Below are positions 21,487 through 34,000 of a stretch of 54,341 bases of DNA, piece by piece. Source of the stretch: Callorhinchus milii (Eukaryota); NCBI RefSeq assembly GCF_018977255.1, contig NW_024705325.1:1-54341 (forward strand). Reading direction: 5' to 3'. A program made the translations under genes and the position numbers. Each line of letters opens with the position of its first letter. Within the stretch, counting starts at the first letter, position 1. The notes beneath the pieces were generated by a model. The model saw only the letters and a list, made by a program, of their open reading frames with translations, ran no database searches and was not told the origin of the DNA.

Positions 21487-21860
21487 ACCCTGACACACGC
21501 ACACTACCACACGCACCCTGCCACAGGCACTCTGCCACCACACTCCACCCTGTGATAGGCACGGCGAGACCGCGTCGGCGCCTCTGTCCCCTGTGGCGTT
21601 GTCTCGCCGCCGCCGCCGCCACACTCCTCGCCCCGTCGTGAGTCCCCTCTCAGTGCCCAGGCGGCGAAGGGGGTGCGTGGAGGTGGGGGGGGGCGACGAC
21701 GGGGGGGGGGTGATGAGAGTGGGGGGTGAAGTTGGGGCGGAGGGGCGGGCAGTGGCAGACAAAATTACATCTGTGCTCTCCCCCTCCTGCCGTCACTCTC
21801 ACCTTTCTCATTTCTCCCCCTACACTCAGCAATTACCTGGGCGATTCACACTCTTTGTTT

Positions 21861-21960
21861 GTGGGGCCACACCACCCCTCGTGCGCCGTGCTCGCCTTAA
21901 CAGGTCCTTGCTAACAGCACTTGGCCCAACAATTTCTTCAAGGCCACACTGCCTTTGTGT
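21861..21960 (+). mobile_element. SINE family A 3' fragment
   Basis: cccctcgtgcgccgtgctcgccttaa...gctaacagcacttggcccaaca. Confidence 0.65.
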
Positions 21961-22589
21961 TTAGTTCGTTGTCCTTCCCCCGAACCTCCGATTAGCACGG
22001 TTGGCTCAGTACGGTGCGAAAGAAGTTGAACGTACGTACGCACGTACATTGCGTTATGTTACAGTGCACGAGTGCACAAAAAACACTCTGTCGTAATTCT
22101 AACGATGATCGTCATCGTCGTCTTAATCGTCAGCGTCGGTGAAGTTCATACCACGTGTGTGACGGCTGCACGACTTTGCGAACGGAAGCCGAACGCAGTG
22201 GCCCCTTGTGTGTTGGGCCCCCGGGGCAGCTTGACCTTAAGCACCGTCTGGCGTGGGGAGGCGGGCATGGAGCGATGCGGCCGCCCTTTGGCGCTCGCCG
22301 CCCCGTGATTGTAGTCGTGGAGGCGCTTCCGAGACCAGAATTCATCATTGTTCCCGCTACGAGTGCGGTCGGAGTAGCCGCAGTTGTGCTTCCTGCCTTT
22401 AATCAGATGAGTGTGTCCCCCCCCCCTCCTTCGATTTGCCGACATGGCGAGCTGACATTTTGATGATGAGCCGAGGAAAGGCCCATGTAGTGTACTCCGC
22501 AACCACTACCACTCGTGCCCTGCCACGCACACACTGCCACACGCGCCCTGCCACAACAACAACAACCGCCATATGCCACGAAGTGGCGG

Positions 22590-23340
22590 TGACATAACCA
22601 CGATGCTTGTGCCCGGCAATGTGCACCTTGAGGCCACGTGAAGTGTCGAACGCCCGCTGGCAGAAGGTCACGGGGCAGACCCAGATGCTACAGGTCGACT
22701 GACTGAGACGACTGGCTGATGCACCACCTGTGCCCCCTACTGTGCCAACTTTTGCTGTGCTTTAGCCACCCGTCGCTCCGCTCGTTGTTGTGAGCGTCGC
22801 TCCTCCGTTGTTGTTGGAGGGCGACTGCCTCCAACTGCCCAGTAGCGTCCTTCACGAGCCTCCTCCACTGAGGCCGATCTTGACACCGCTGGTACCAGTC
22901 ATCGGCAAGTCCACTCAGCTCCACGTCCTCCTGTACCACATCACTCCATCTCTTCTCTAGCCCGTACCACACCCGTCTAGCCCCCTCGATCCGGCTGAAC
23001 TGTTTAGGCATGCGGTGGCTGGGGATGCGGGCTACATGGCCCAGCCGACCCATCCTTGCCTGCTAGAGGAGCTTACCGATGGGACTTTGTTCAGATTTTT
23101 CAAGGATTTGTGAGCTCCTCACACAATCCAGCCTGGTTAAACCCAGGACTGATCGTAGGCAGGACAGCCTAAATGTTTCTAACTGGCGAAGATGTTCCAT
23201 TAGGGGGGGTCCACGTTTCGCAAGCGTAGAGAAGGGAGGGAATGACTGGCCGAGAAAACCTGAAGCTTCATGCCGAGTGACAGACCACACAGCGTTACGC
23301 AACAAGAATGTTTTTGGCGCCTTCGTGGATTCCTCCGACA
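22590..23340 (-). mobile_element. Decayed RTE-clade LINE, ORF C-terminal region
   Basis: Frameshifted minus-strand peptides VIPSLLYACETWT, LETFRLSCLRSVLG, LGHVARIPSHRMPKQ, KRWSDVV, DRPQWRRLV and a zinc-finger-like CQRAFDTSRGLKVHIAGH. Stops and frameshifts are present. Confidence 0.85.
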
Positions 23341-23914
23341 ATATAATGGCAGGTCATCTCATGCCCCAAGAACGGCGTTGCCGATGTAAGCGAGATTTCC
23401 GCGTCTTGGCTGCGTGTGTCGAGGGAGCGCTCGGGAATAAATCCGAGAACCGACGGGGCCAGTCGACAGGCAGGCGTGCCGCCACGAGGCGGACACGTTT
23501 GCCCTCTTGGCCGCGTTTCACCGCAAACAGTCACCACCAAATCATCGCCTTCCATTGCCGCCGCTTCCTCGTAAACGTTTTTGCTCGCGCGCGTGCCCTG
23601 GGTCCCGGGTCCTGGCTGCTTTGCGTTGGAGCCATGTCTGTCGCAGGAACGGCCCTTTATGAGCGCTTGTCAAAAAAAAAACATTTCGAATTCCACTGCA
23701 AGATTATGATGTTTTTAATCTGTATCCGGGCATAATGGCCACGGTCTCAACACACCCCACGTTTCAGCTGTACATAAAAAAAATAACAAAACAAAAACAA
23801 ACTTGTTGATTTGACAAGTTGTCCTTTTCCGTGTTAGCTTTCATACGATTGGATGTTTGAAAATCCACATTGTCAAATATTGAGGTTGCCACCACCATCA
23901 TGATTTGCCCGGAT

Positions 23915-24110
23915 CAATCGATCCACTGCTGGATGAAGTCCTTCCCAAACCGCGACCATCCCTCACGGTCTCGCTATGTGAAATACACCGATTGCCTTGG
24001 CACGAGCGGATTTTAATCGCTCCATCGCTTGCGCGGTGGACGTCCCCTCGGGCGTGTCCCCCTCCTGGCCGTCACTGCGTCGTCGTGTCGGACCCACGAG
24101 CTGCTCGTCC
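23915..24110 (-). mobile_element. 3' end of a second RTE-type LINE
   Basis: Minus strand gives RPRGRPPRKRWSD and then DREGWSRFGKDFIQQW, typical of the extreme C-terminus of RTE ORFs. Confidence 0.65.
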
Positions 24111-24570
24111 TGCCCGAGCGCGGCCGACGCCACTCTCGTGTAAACGACCTGCGCGCTACAAGGTGGACACTTTTCGTGTTCGTGTCAATCCGGTTGCGTG
24201 TTTTAAACATCACAAGTGTCAAGAAGTAAGGCCCGCCACCCCCCACCCCCCGCGCCTCTCCCCCATTTAACAAAAGAACAGGATGAACATTGGGAAATTT
24301 AAAAAGTAAGGTTTTATTTTAATCAGCTTTTGTTCGTTGACGTTCAAGCGCTCACTCTGAAGAGCACGCTGCTGCCCCCCATCCTCCCCCTCCTGGCACT
24401 CGCAATTAGTTTGCCGTTGTTGACGACAAAAGACGCGCGTTTGGTCCCCGTCATTCAGACGGCCAAATTGCTGCCAATAATCGTCGTTAATTCCATTGCC
24501 CCTCGGGCAGAGCCCACGGTTCGGCCAAGTTGCACAATCTCCACAAAGAGCAGCCCTCGCCGCTATACCC

Positions 24571-24700
24571 CGCTCCTCCCCGCTCCACCCCACTTTACCC
24601 CATTCCACCCCGCTCCACCCCGCTCCACCCCGCTCTACTCCGCTCCACTCCGCTCCACCCCGCTCCACCCTACTCCTCCCTACTCCACCCCGCTCCACCT
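24571..24700. repeat. 10-bp minisatellite (CGCTCCACCC), about 13 units
   Basis: Units line up with the 10-base blocks of the listing. Confidence 0.92.
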
Positions 24701-26394
24701 TAGCTCACTCCTCCTCCCCCCCCCTTCCATCACGGCAGCTTACGGGCGTTATGAGTGCCCCGCATGATTACTGTTTTCGCCCGGGCGGCGACAGGATTTG
24801 GCGCCGTACGCAGTGAGGGGGCGGAGGGGAGGATAGCGAGTGGAGGAAGAGGGGGGGTCTGGAGGAATGTTGCTGTGGCGAGGCGGCTCGCTGGACGCAT
24901 AGCTGCGTGTCTGCGCGGCGGCGGCGGTGGCTGTGGCGCCACCGTAAAGTCGCGGTCGGCACTCCTCACGTAAATTACGCGCCGGGCTGCGGTTTCTAGA
25001 GGCCTCTGTTGCGAGCGACCGAGCTTGGCGCTTTGACGTTGACAAATCAATTGCGCCGAGTTTGTGTGAGCCGAGGTTGCGAGTGCGTGCGTGCATGCGT
25101 GCGTGCGGAAGTTGTATCGGAGTGTTTAGGGCGCTGTGCTGTACCACCACTAATCTGGGTTAGATTCCTGGCTGTGATGCTTTACTGCCTGCATATATCA
25201 GGTCTCCGCTAATATGGGAGAGGCTTTGGTCCAGCAGTAGATAGACCATGGGTGATACCGATGGTCAATGAGCAGTGTGGCAAAACTCGGCCGCAAACTT
25301 CCAAGCTGTTGACAAATGTATTGATAATTACAATGTCCACGTGACTGAAGCCTGATCCTGATATTGGCACTGTCGTTTGCAGATGTGTAAAATCAATAAA
25401 TTATCAATTAAAGGAATAATAAAAAATTAAAAAATACGAATAGCAAAGAAAGGATTTTATAATATACAGTAACTTTAATAATATTCATTTGCATGTATTA
25501 TTGATTAAGTTCTTGGTGCACATAATCGAACAGTCTTAAGATAACAGGGTAATGTTCGTATTCTGAAGCTATTACCAAATATTACGGAAGTTTTACAGCG
25601 TAACAGATAACAGCAGTAATCGTAAAATGCAGGTCAATCGAAATCACATTCAGCGTTGGGAATAATTACCAAGGTTGCCTGTGAATCACCCTCTGAAACA
25701 ATTACCATCGCGCGAGAATCGATCGACAAGATACACACTTATATTCCCACACTTGTCTCGCTCATAAAAGACAAACTGCGAAATCGATGATGCGGCGACG
25801 ATGCGGCGATAGCACGCGCAAGAAAAAACCCCGACGCCCTCACCGCGTCTCGGGGCGCAACTTAAACAAATTATATCGAAAAAAATATAACAACATGGAT
25901 GGGGGGGGCGGGGATATAAAAGGATTCTCTTTAACTCGGGGTCACGGGACATGAATCCACAGCCTGGCAGGTTCATCTCTTAAAGGACCCATCGGGGTTT
26001 CGCGCGAAGTGTAAACGTAATTCGCTAATATAAATTCTCCCACCGCGCGCTCGCCGTAAAACGGCTCACGTGCTGGCTAACAGCCGTGTAATCACCGTGC
26101 TGTTCCGACGCTTCCCGCTCCCCCATCGGTCGCTCCCCACTCTCTCCCCACGCTGACGGCCGCGCTCGCTCGCTCGCTCGCTCTCGGAGCACCGGGGCCC
26201 CCGTGACGACGGGCGCCGGAACGAGACTCCGTCCTCCGCGCGCTGCGGTCGTGTTCCGTTCCGCCCGAGCCGTTGCGTGTTGGGATTGATTTGATTTTGT
26301 TTTGTAATTGCTCGTGGGGCTTCGGTCCTTCGCTCCTTCGCTCCTTGGGGTTGTTGGATCGCGTTTATATGGAGCCATCGTTCCGTGTTCGTGC

Positions 26395-26678
26395 GAGGCA
26401 CAGGTGGAACAGTGGTTAGCATACAAGGCTGTGAGCCCGGTGATCTTTGTTCAATTCCCGCTCGCGGCCAATATCAGTGGCAAACGGAACCGGTCCTGCG
26501 ACTCGTGTAGGTCAACTCACCATGAAATTAGTACAGGGTACGATGTGGAAACTGGCCAGATGTGGTGTTGGCCACCCACCCCCTCGTGTGCCGTGCCAGC
26601 CGTCATAGCTACTCAATAAGAGCATTTGCCCAACAGTCCTTTGTAGCCATACGGGGGTGGGGGGGGCCCTTTGTCTTT
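26395..26678 (+). mobile_element. tRNA-derived SINE, family A, diverged
   Basis: cagtggttagc, gttcaattcccgctcgcggcca, gaaccggtcctg, ggccacccaccccctcgtgtgccgtgc, tail ctttgtcttt. Confidence 0.8.
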
Positions 26679-27557
26679 GAGACGCCTATAAACGGGGGCA
26701 TATTAAATGGTGTGTGCATGAGGCAGCACAGCAAATAGGTGATCTTGTATTTAAAGGTTACCTCTGTGGAATTTGAACATTCCCCTTCGTTTATGGGGTT
26801 TTCTCCCAAGCGCTCTAGTTTTTCGTCCACACACAAGAATACTGAAGTAGCGATCGACCGAACATCTTCAAGGCAGGGCCCTCGCTAAAACAGACCCCCG
26901 GCAGTGTGTGTGGTGAAGCTGTTGCTCTGCAAGAGTAGATCCGCTGCTGTTGTCATTACAGGGATCGCCGTCGCGATGACGCGCTCGCCCCTCCGTGCGC
27001 GCGCCCCTTGATGGCGGCTTTTGTGACGGCCCCCCCGGATCTCTTTGTCAATTTCTTTCCCAAAAGAATCTTGCTCTTGGCGAGGGCTGTGTTGTAAAAT
27101 ACACGTGGTGTTTTTTTGCCGTGGAAATAAACCTTTTTTGAGCCGCTATTAAGGGACGGGCCCAGGTGTCTAAGCCGTGGATTGACAGCGAGTTAGGGCT
27201 GTGCTTCAAACAAAAACAGTATTAGCCAGCTGCCGTATCAACAAGGTTTTTTTTAAAAGTAAAAATACTCGCGAGCAGGGACGGGACGAGGCGGCGGCTG
27301 GAGAAACTCACGTCCGTCCACTTTGCGGGTAATAACCCTCGTAATATTTTGTGCGTTAATGCCAAACAACTGACATCTTTTGGGCTAGAATGTAAGGTGC
27401 GTGTGCGCAGTGCACGGTCAGTGTTATTTACACGTCACATTGAAAGTTAAATAGAAGCGTTTTAATGTGAGGTGCGTACGTTTACAAACGTCCGACATTT
27501 TATGAATGCAGTCGATGCAACCCACGTCCTTCAGCGGTGGAATATAACTCTTGCTCA

Positions 27558-27871
27558 GTTTAACACGTAGGCTTTCGCGACCAATATCTTCCATAGTCCA
27601 GGTTTTTTTTAGTTGGATCGCGTAAATATAAATGTGTCGTTAAACCCGCCACCACCCGACACAGCCAATTGGTAAGGTTTGTCACGTAAACAGAACATGC
27701 CCATTCGTTACTTGAACAGCACACCAGTATGTTGGAGAGCAAATCTATTGTAAATGTTGTGGATTTGCTCTCTAACACGTGACAAACCTTACTAATTGGC
27801 TGTGTCGGGTGGTGGCGGGTTTAGCGACACATTTATATTTACGCGATCTAACCCAAAAATCCTCGATTATG
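27558..27871 (-). mobile_element. Palindromic short element, family 2 (Penelope-like derivative), longest copy
   Basis: About 96-bp inverted arms at 27592-27687 and 27777-27871, an unpaired 34-bp extension at 27558-27591, and flanking direct repeats aactcttgctca (27546-27557) / aacttttgctca (27872-27883). Confidence 0.8.
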
Positions 27872-28010
27872 AACTTTTGCTCAAGGAAGATGAATTTCAA
27901 GCTCTTATCTTGTCGCTACACAACCGAGGCTGCGAGTCCCAGGTTCGGCGATTTTATTCGTAAGATTTATTGATATCGAGCGTGGTTTTAACTTTACTTT
28001 TAGGACATCA

Positions 28011-28040
28011 NNNNNNNNNNNNNNNNNNNNNNNNNNNNNN
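28011..28040. other. 30-N gap/spacer
   Basis: Run of 30 n. Confidence 1.
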
Positions 28041-31000
28041 CTTGTTCATCATCGGATAAACTGATTCGAGACAATTCGAGTCAGGCCGTATTAATTTTGA
28101 TGATGGGACTGTCAGACGCCCAGGTATCGGCGTTTAAGACCAGGGTTTGCTTTGGCGGTTAGATTCGGGTTTGGGGCTGATCAAGTGGTTGCCTTTCAGC
28201 ACTATGACTGCCCGCCAGCCGGTTGCAACGAGTGGAAGAGCGTACAGATGTTCCACTCCTGTTGGAAACGTATTGCTGTATCATCTTTTATGGCGTCGGT
28301 AAAGGCAAGCCCAGCAGGAGCCGTTAATGCTCTTCGCGACAACAAATCAATTGGGGGTGTCGAGGGGGCTATAGGTAAGAAAGGTCGTTATATTGAGATC
28401 ATGAAGCTCATCCGAGCTGGTTATCAGTCCGCGCAAATCCCTATGAAATGAACCAAAGAGCCTTAATCATCAGGCATGAACAATGAACCATGCGCCAGCT
28501 ATACGGTACGGGTAGTCCAGAGCTCGCAAAAGGACGGAGACACCCGTGGCTCGCTATAGCCTTTCGACAAATAGCTCGGGAAAAACGTCATCTCTCCTCA
28601 CCGGACGGCGATCTTACGGCGATGTTTCTCGGTAGTAGGCTTAATCGATTGCGCTTTTTTTATTTTCTTATAATTCCCCCAACTCACCTTAATTAATCAG
28701 CCGCTACTTATCATAACCCTCCATCAGAGGACCGGATTGGTGATATGATAGCTAGAAGGGCTTCGAGTTTCCCGCATCAGATAAAGAGCACTTAACTTAG
28801 ACGCAACTACGTGTTTCCAGTACGCAAGCTTCACGTTGAGACGACTGCGTGGCGCCAACCTTTACGAGCCTCATCCCTCGATTCCGTGCAGCGAGCACTC
28901 GTGACAGCATACACGAAGGACTTTTTGAATGCAGTGAAGGTTGCATTCACTTTACAATACGTTGCCAACATCGCGCCCTAAGATCCATTCAGGGGTCACT
29001 CAATCTGATGCTGTTTTTAGTATTAACTGCATGAGCATTTCACAGTCTATGGTCCAGCTACCAATACTCTGCTAACCTGGCTAAGACGGTACTCCTCGGC
29101 AGCCTGACAGCACGCGGCTCCTAGTCGAAGGTTTCGTCAGATAATTAGTCAGATGCTCTTATCGGCGGCTCCGCTGTATCTCCAGGGGCCTACTGGTTAC
29201 CAATTACGCCATCGGAGAGGGATCTCAATACCTATCTAGTAGGCTCATTAAATCCTGAGCTCCTCTGAGTACCCATAGTGGCCCTGGATGAAAGGTGCAA
29301 ACTGGGAATCCCCATCATACCCTAAACAAAATGCCGCATAACAACCCTCCCAGATCCTAATACGGTGCCTGGCTGCTACTCGACGTGGGATGATTAGTCC
29401 ATGCATCCCAGGCAATGATCGGCAATTACATGCTCATTCCTTCAGAACGTTGCAAGCCCAAAGTCGGATTTCGGCGTGTTAATTATCGATAGAAAACACT
29501 TAGGCAGCACTACACTACCTGTTCCCGACCGGCAAATGATAAGGAACTCGCACTCTGTTAAATATTATAGTATTTATTTACATTAGTGGGGTGGGTTGTT
29601 AAACATGACATTCATTCGAATTACAAAGTCTTCTCGGATAGCTGGGGCCTGGTAAGTAGAACTCAATACATGTTTTAAAGCCCCGGCAAATCCGGGGATT
29701 ATCCAGTGTTCCGCTCTACCACAAGGATACCAAAGGAACGTCCTCATGGTATGCCAGGGCCCTGCTAGACGTTTCTGACGCTAATTATCCTGTGTACTAC
29801 AGATTCTTTCCTGAATACTGTCAGACGCTTTATTATAACATACTGAGTTTGCGGCCGGATTGTTATTCACTTTTGAGTAGGACGCTTAAATATGCCTCAA
29901 AGACATCTCCAGTGGTGATGCAATTTTGCTTCCGGAAATATCATAATTATGCCCTTTGATCGAAGAACCTTATGGTCCCCAATAGTGCACCCTTGGTTTG
30001 AGGTAGGTACCATCGTACCGTCGTTTAATGGAAGTAGATTGGGATTTCTTTGCGCAGGGGTTATAAGGCTTAGAGAAATGCGTGTCCGTGTTGGAGTCAG
30101 TACCATCCCCGATAAGCCGTTATTCTCTGGCGCCATCACCCGACTCGACAATAATCCCGGAATTAGTCTGCACAAAAGAGCTGTCTAATGAGCTATTCGC
30201 ATTACTGTTACGTATTTGCGGTGCTAAACTCGTAGCGGGTCTCCGAGGTGATGCCGACATTTAGTCGAAGTTATACGGCGGGCCTTCCACTGGTTTAGTA
30301 TATATCCATTCAATGAATGTACTGTGATGAATTGTGCAGACATGCTGAAAGGTGTAGATGCCAGACTTAATGACTGTAAAAGTGCCTAGTAGAGTATTGG
30401 GCCTGTACCCAGCCGGGAGCTCGAACCTACAATGCCACATAAGCGTCAACCACACGAACAGGAAGCATTGAATCCCTTTTTACTTCAATGAGACGAAGGA
30501 ACTGTGTCGAATTAAATAGTGGAGAACGGGAGCCCACAAATCCGAAAGTATAACTACAAACGACCCTACTAGCGAGCTGAGCGGGTCTGATCGGCCAAAC
30601 AAACCATATTGTGATTTAAGATAAGCGCCGTCCTGTACCAAGATTGTCTGTATTTCGTGGGAGAAGCATGGTTCAGGATTGCCGTATTGCACACAGAACA
30701 ACAGTTATGTCCCACTCGTATTGGGATAACGACGCTACACGGCTTGCGACGGTTCGACAAGTGCGATGGACAGGTGTTGACATTGTCCCCCCTGCTGTCG
30801 GACATTTGCAGGGTAACGACTAGGCCTGAATAGGAACACAAATGTAGTTGCAGGTACCTTGTGACTTAGTAAACTGGGAGAGATGTCTGGTACAACCAAA
30901 GCGGCAAACTGTGACGTGACGGATTACTTTTCGGAATACGCTGATAGAAGCTTGCGCGTACCCACAGGGAGCGTGTTCATACGGGTCAATTTCCCGTATA

Positions 31001-34000
31001 AGGTAGGACGGTATGCTACGGTGTGTGAGCTGCCACTAACTATGCTCTATTACTTGCACAGGGCTGTGCCACTGCGGAGGTAAGACCATCCGAGCTGGGA
31101 CCCGCGGCAGTCAAGGTGAGGGTCCCAAGGCACGCATGTCAGAAACAATCTGCGACAATTTCCAACGTACACTCAACAGTTCTCTAAGATTGTTGGCCAA
31201 TGTACTCCTTTTAAACTCGGTGTGGTTTAGCCGTGCGCAAGAGAGGCTGGGGACGCTAGATGACACCCCTTATATGTCGTCACTGTTTGCGACATTGTTA
31301 TGAGCCGCAGCAGAAACCGTTGGACTCACTTGCAACTCAGGTGCGTACTGCCAAACTTGCATGGACACTCACATTGAGCCGCCACTTATTACAGTGTGCT
31401 TCTGCGATATCGCATCACTCGAGCCTATGCTTCTGATAAAGGCGAAGAGTCCGTATGATGGGTAGGGAGGTACTATGATGTGAATTTGTCTGCAACCCTT
31501 CATCCCACAAGTTTCTACGGAAAACTTGTGGCGCCGTTTTACTAGAACCTTCTGTATGCTATCTTATACATGAAAGAAGCTTGTGCATTTAGCCGAGACC
31601 AATGATCCCCTTTCCTCCAACTCTTTACCGCCGTCAGATGCCCAGCCCTCTTAAACTTCTCCCCATATCACCGCTATAATACGCACTACAGGCAGTAAGA
31701 TCGTTGTTCAGATGCGAGTGTCGCAGATCAATCTGAGTTTCTCTTTAGTGTCACGACTTCCGCCCGACATGTATCGGAGGCCGGGACAGGGGGTCATATC
31801 ATGGTTTTTCCATAAGGGGCTTCCATCTGTTTACTCGCGTTAGGGCTGTCGGGCCCATAATACGGAGGCCATAACAAGTCTTCTGGCATCCTCATGCACA
31901 ATCTCAACGGATTACAAACCTTGGTAGGAAGATGGATCGGTGTAAGCACCTTACTAGCTTCCCGCAAAGAAACAAATGTGCCCGACCTGCTATAGCCTTG
32001 AATTAGGTACCCTTATGCGTTGTTCCCCGTTCAATGCAGCAGGCCCCTTATACTCCAGCCACGAAGAACGGCACATAGCGGAGCTACTCCGTGACCGATT
32101 GCGAAAACTGTTTTGCTATTTCGAATGTTTGCTCGTACTGTAGCATTACTGTGTCTTTCGAACGTAACCTCGGCGCATTAAAGGCTTCCACGCATGAAGA
32201 GAACCGAATACACGATTATAAAAATTCCTACATTCATATGATGACGCTTAACGGCGGGCCTAATATGGACTACAACCTATTCAAGCAATCAAGCGCTCGG
32301 TCGGTGGGAAGTGCTATATGAGGGATATGCTTCGTATTGTTACCTCCAATCTGGCGCCGGTCCGTTCGTATCAGTCTCAAAGCATAACCTTTAGCTACGT
32401 ACTGGTCTACTCCAATAAAGTGGTGGGGAGTTGATCTTTACCTTAACCCAACGCTATCTACCGTTTTAAGCGAGAATCGCGTCCTGGAATGCTGTTACAA
32501 CAAAATGCAGCATTTCCCTCCGAACTAGCCAGCGTGAGTTGGTTCAACTTTGTCGGTTCACTTGACGTGCGGATTGACCTGTTTAATTTATTGTACTAGC
32601 GCTACAATTCTAGATGAGTGAGAGACCCGACTAAAAGACGAAACCCTTCCTAGTCGCCATAGAGGGTCAAAGACAGCTGGTTTATACGGTCCCGACACTG
32701 GTTTAACAAGGACCCAGCGCTGAAGGCCCTTGCGCTCGGGTAATGTCGAGTTCACCTCGCGTCTTTCGACCTCTTATTGAACATCCCAGTGTGTAAAACG
32801 GCCGAAATTCATATCAGGTGGCCAACAGACAATAGATTGCAAGCGATATTCACGAAAAAATTATTAGGACAAATACGCGCAGGACCTCTCTCCCGGAGCT
32901 TTCATGGGGACTACTACGCGCGAAAGCGCGGAGAACTCTAAAGACTAGCTATTTCATAGCCGCATAACTGCGCATTTCTCCATACTTCGTTTGGTACCAC
33001 AGTTACCCAGAACCGGTTAGTCCATAAGATTGACACACTATGGTAATAAACGAATTTTTATTCTACGATACCTGAACATCTATGGCGTAAGCGGCGGGAG
33101 CTGAGCCAGGACCTTCTTTAGACCGCATCGGACCCCCTTGTAACCGTGGTGTGGTAAACGGCGAGTTGTTCTACCCCCGAATTCCCACATACGTAGGTGC
33201 CCGTACACGGTGCTCCTGGGTGTGTATCGCTCACAACGAAACTCGCCAGTTAAAGTGGAAGCTAACGGCCAAATTGCAGGCCCCTCGTACGACTCTAAGT
33301 GAGGTCGTTACGTGGCAGCGTTCGGGTTCATATTTCCGTTCAGAGTACACTTGGAACCGGTCCAGCGATTAGTGAGTCGGAACATCCGGTGAATCCATAG
33401 TCAAGCTTACAACATTCCTTGCCACCTAAGCCAACAGATGAGCCAATCTTGGAGCTTACGCCGGATGCACTGATACGCAGGACTTTGTGGTGGAAGTAGA
33501 TGAGGCTGACTAAGCGTGAAATAGATCGTGCACCGGAACCGTTCCGATTATCAACGACGTCCGAGGTCGGCATGGTCGGCCACCTACATCAACGTACATG
33601 ATGCTACACGAACGTTGAAGCAGTAGGCTAATCGATTGTCTAGGTATGTCTCGTATGCTCGGACTAAACCAGCATTAGCACTAATCTTATACGATTAATG
33701 CAACACCAATATAATTAGTCTTCTTCGGTTTACACACCGACCGGACATCGCTAGTCTCGGGTTAAGCCATTAAAATGAACGCCATTCAAAAATAGAAGCA
33801 CGTTCTGCACCACGAATGACGTAATACATCATAGGTGTTTGGCCTCACAGAGGGCTATCAATCCAAGGCGGGCGGGTTAGAAGCAGTGGATAAACCACTG
33901 GGACGGTAACGATGGCCAACAGCCGTAATACAAAGAGCTGAAATAATGTAATAGCCTCTACATAGATAATGCCCAAACTTTCGGACTGGTAGGCCGCTCA

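Larger units (their letters stand above)
1..28010 (+). other. OLA1: Partial OLA1 transcription unit (three exons, introns of 8883 and 3661 bp between them, flanking introns incomplete)
   Basis: Three colinear in-frame exons. Neither the preceding exon (DIAGLVKGA region) nor the following exon (KIKEWVD region) was found, so both flanks are read as intronic. Confidence 0.85.

Noticed and set aside
22463-22486. atgatga-gcc...ggc hammerhead-like start
   Set aside because: Lacks C3 and the GAAA box after the stem.
24571-24700. Regular repeat array considered as CRISPR-like
   Set aside because: Head-to-tail 10-mers without spacers, in eukaryotic DNA with no cas genes.
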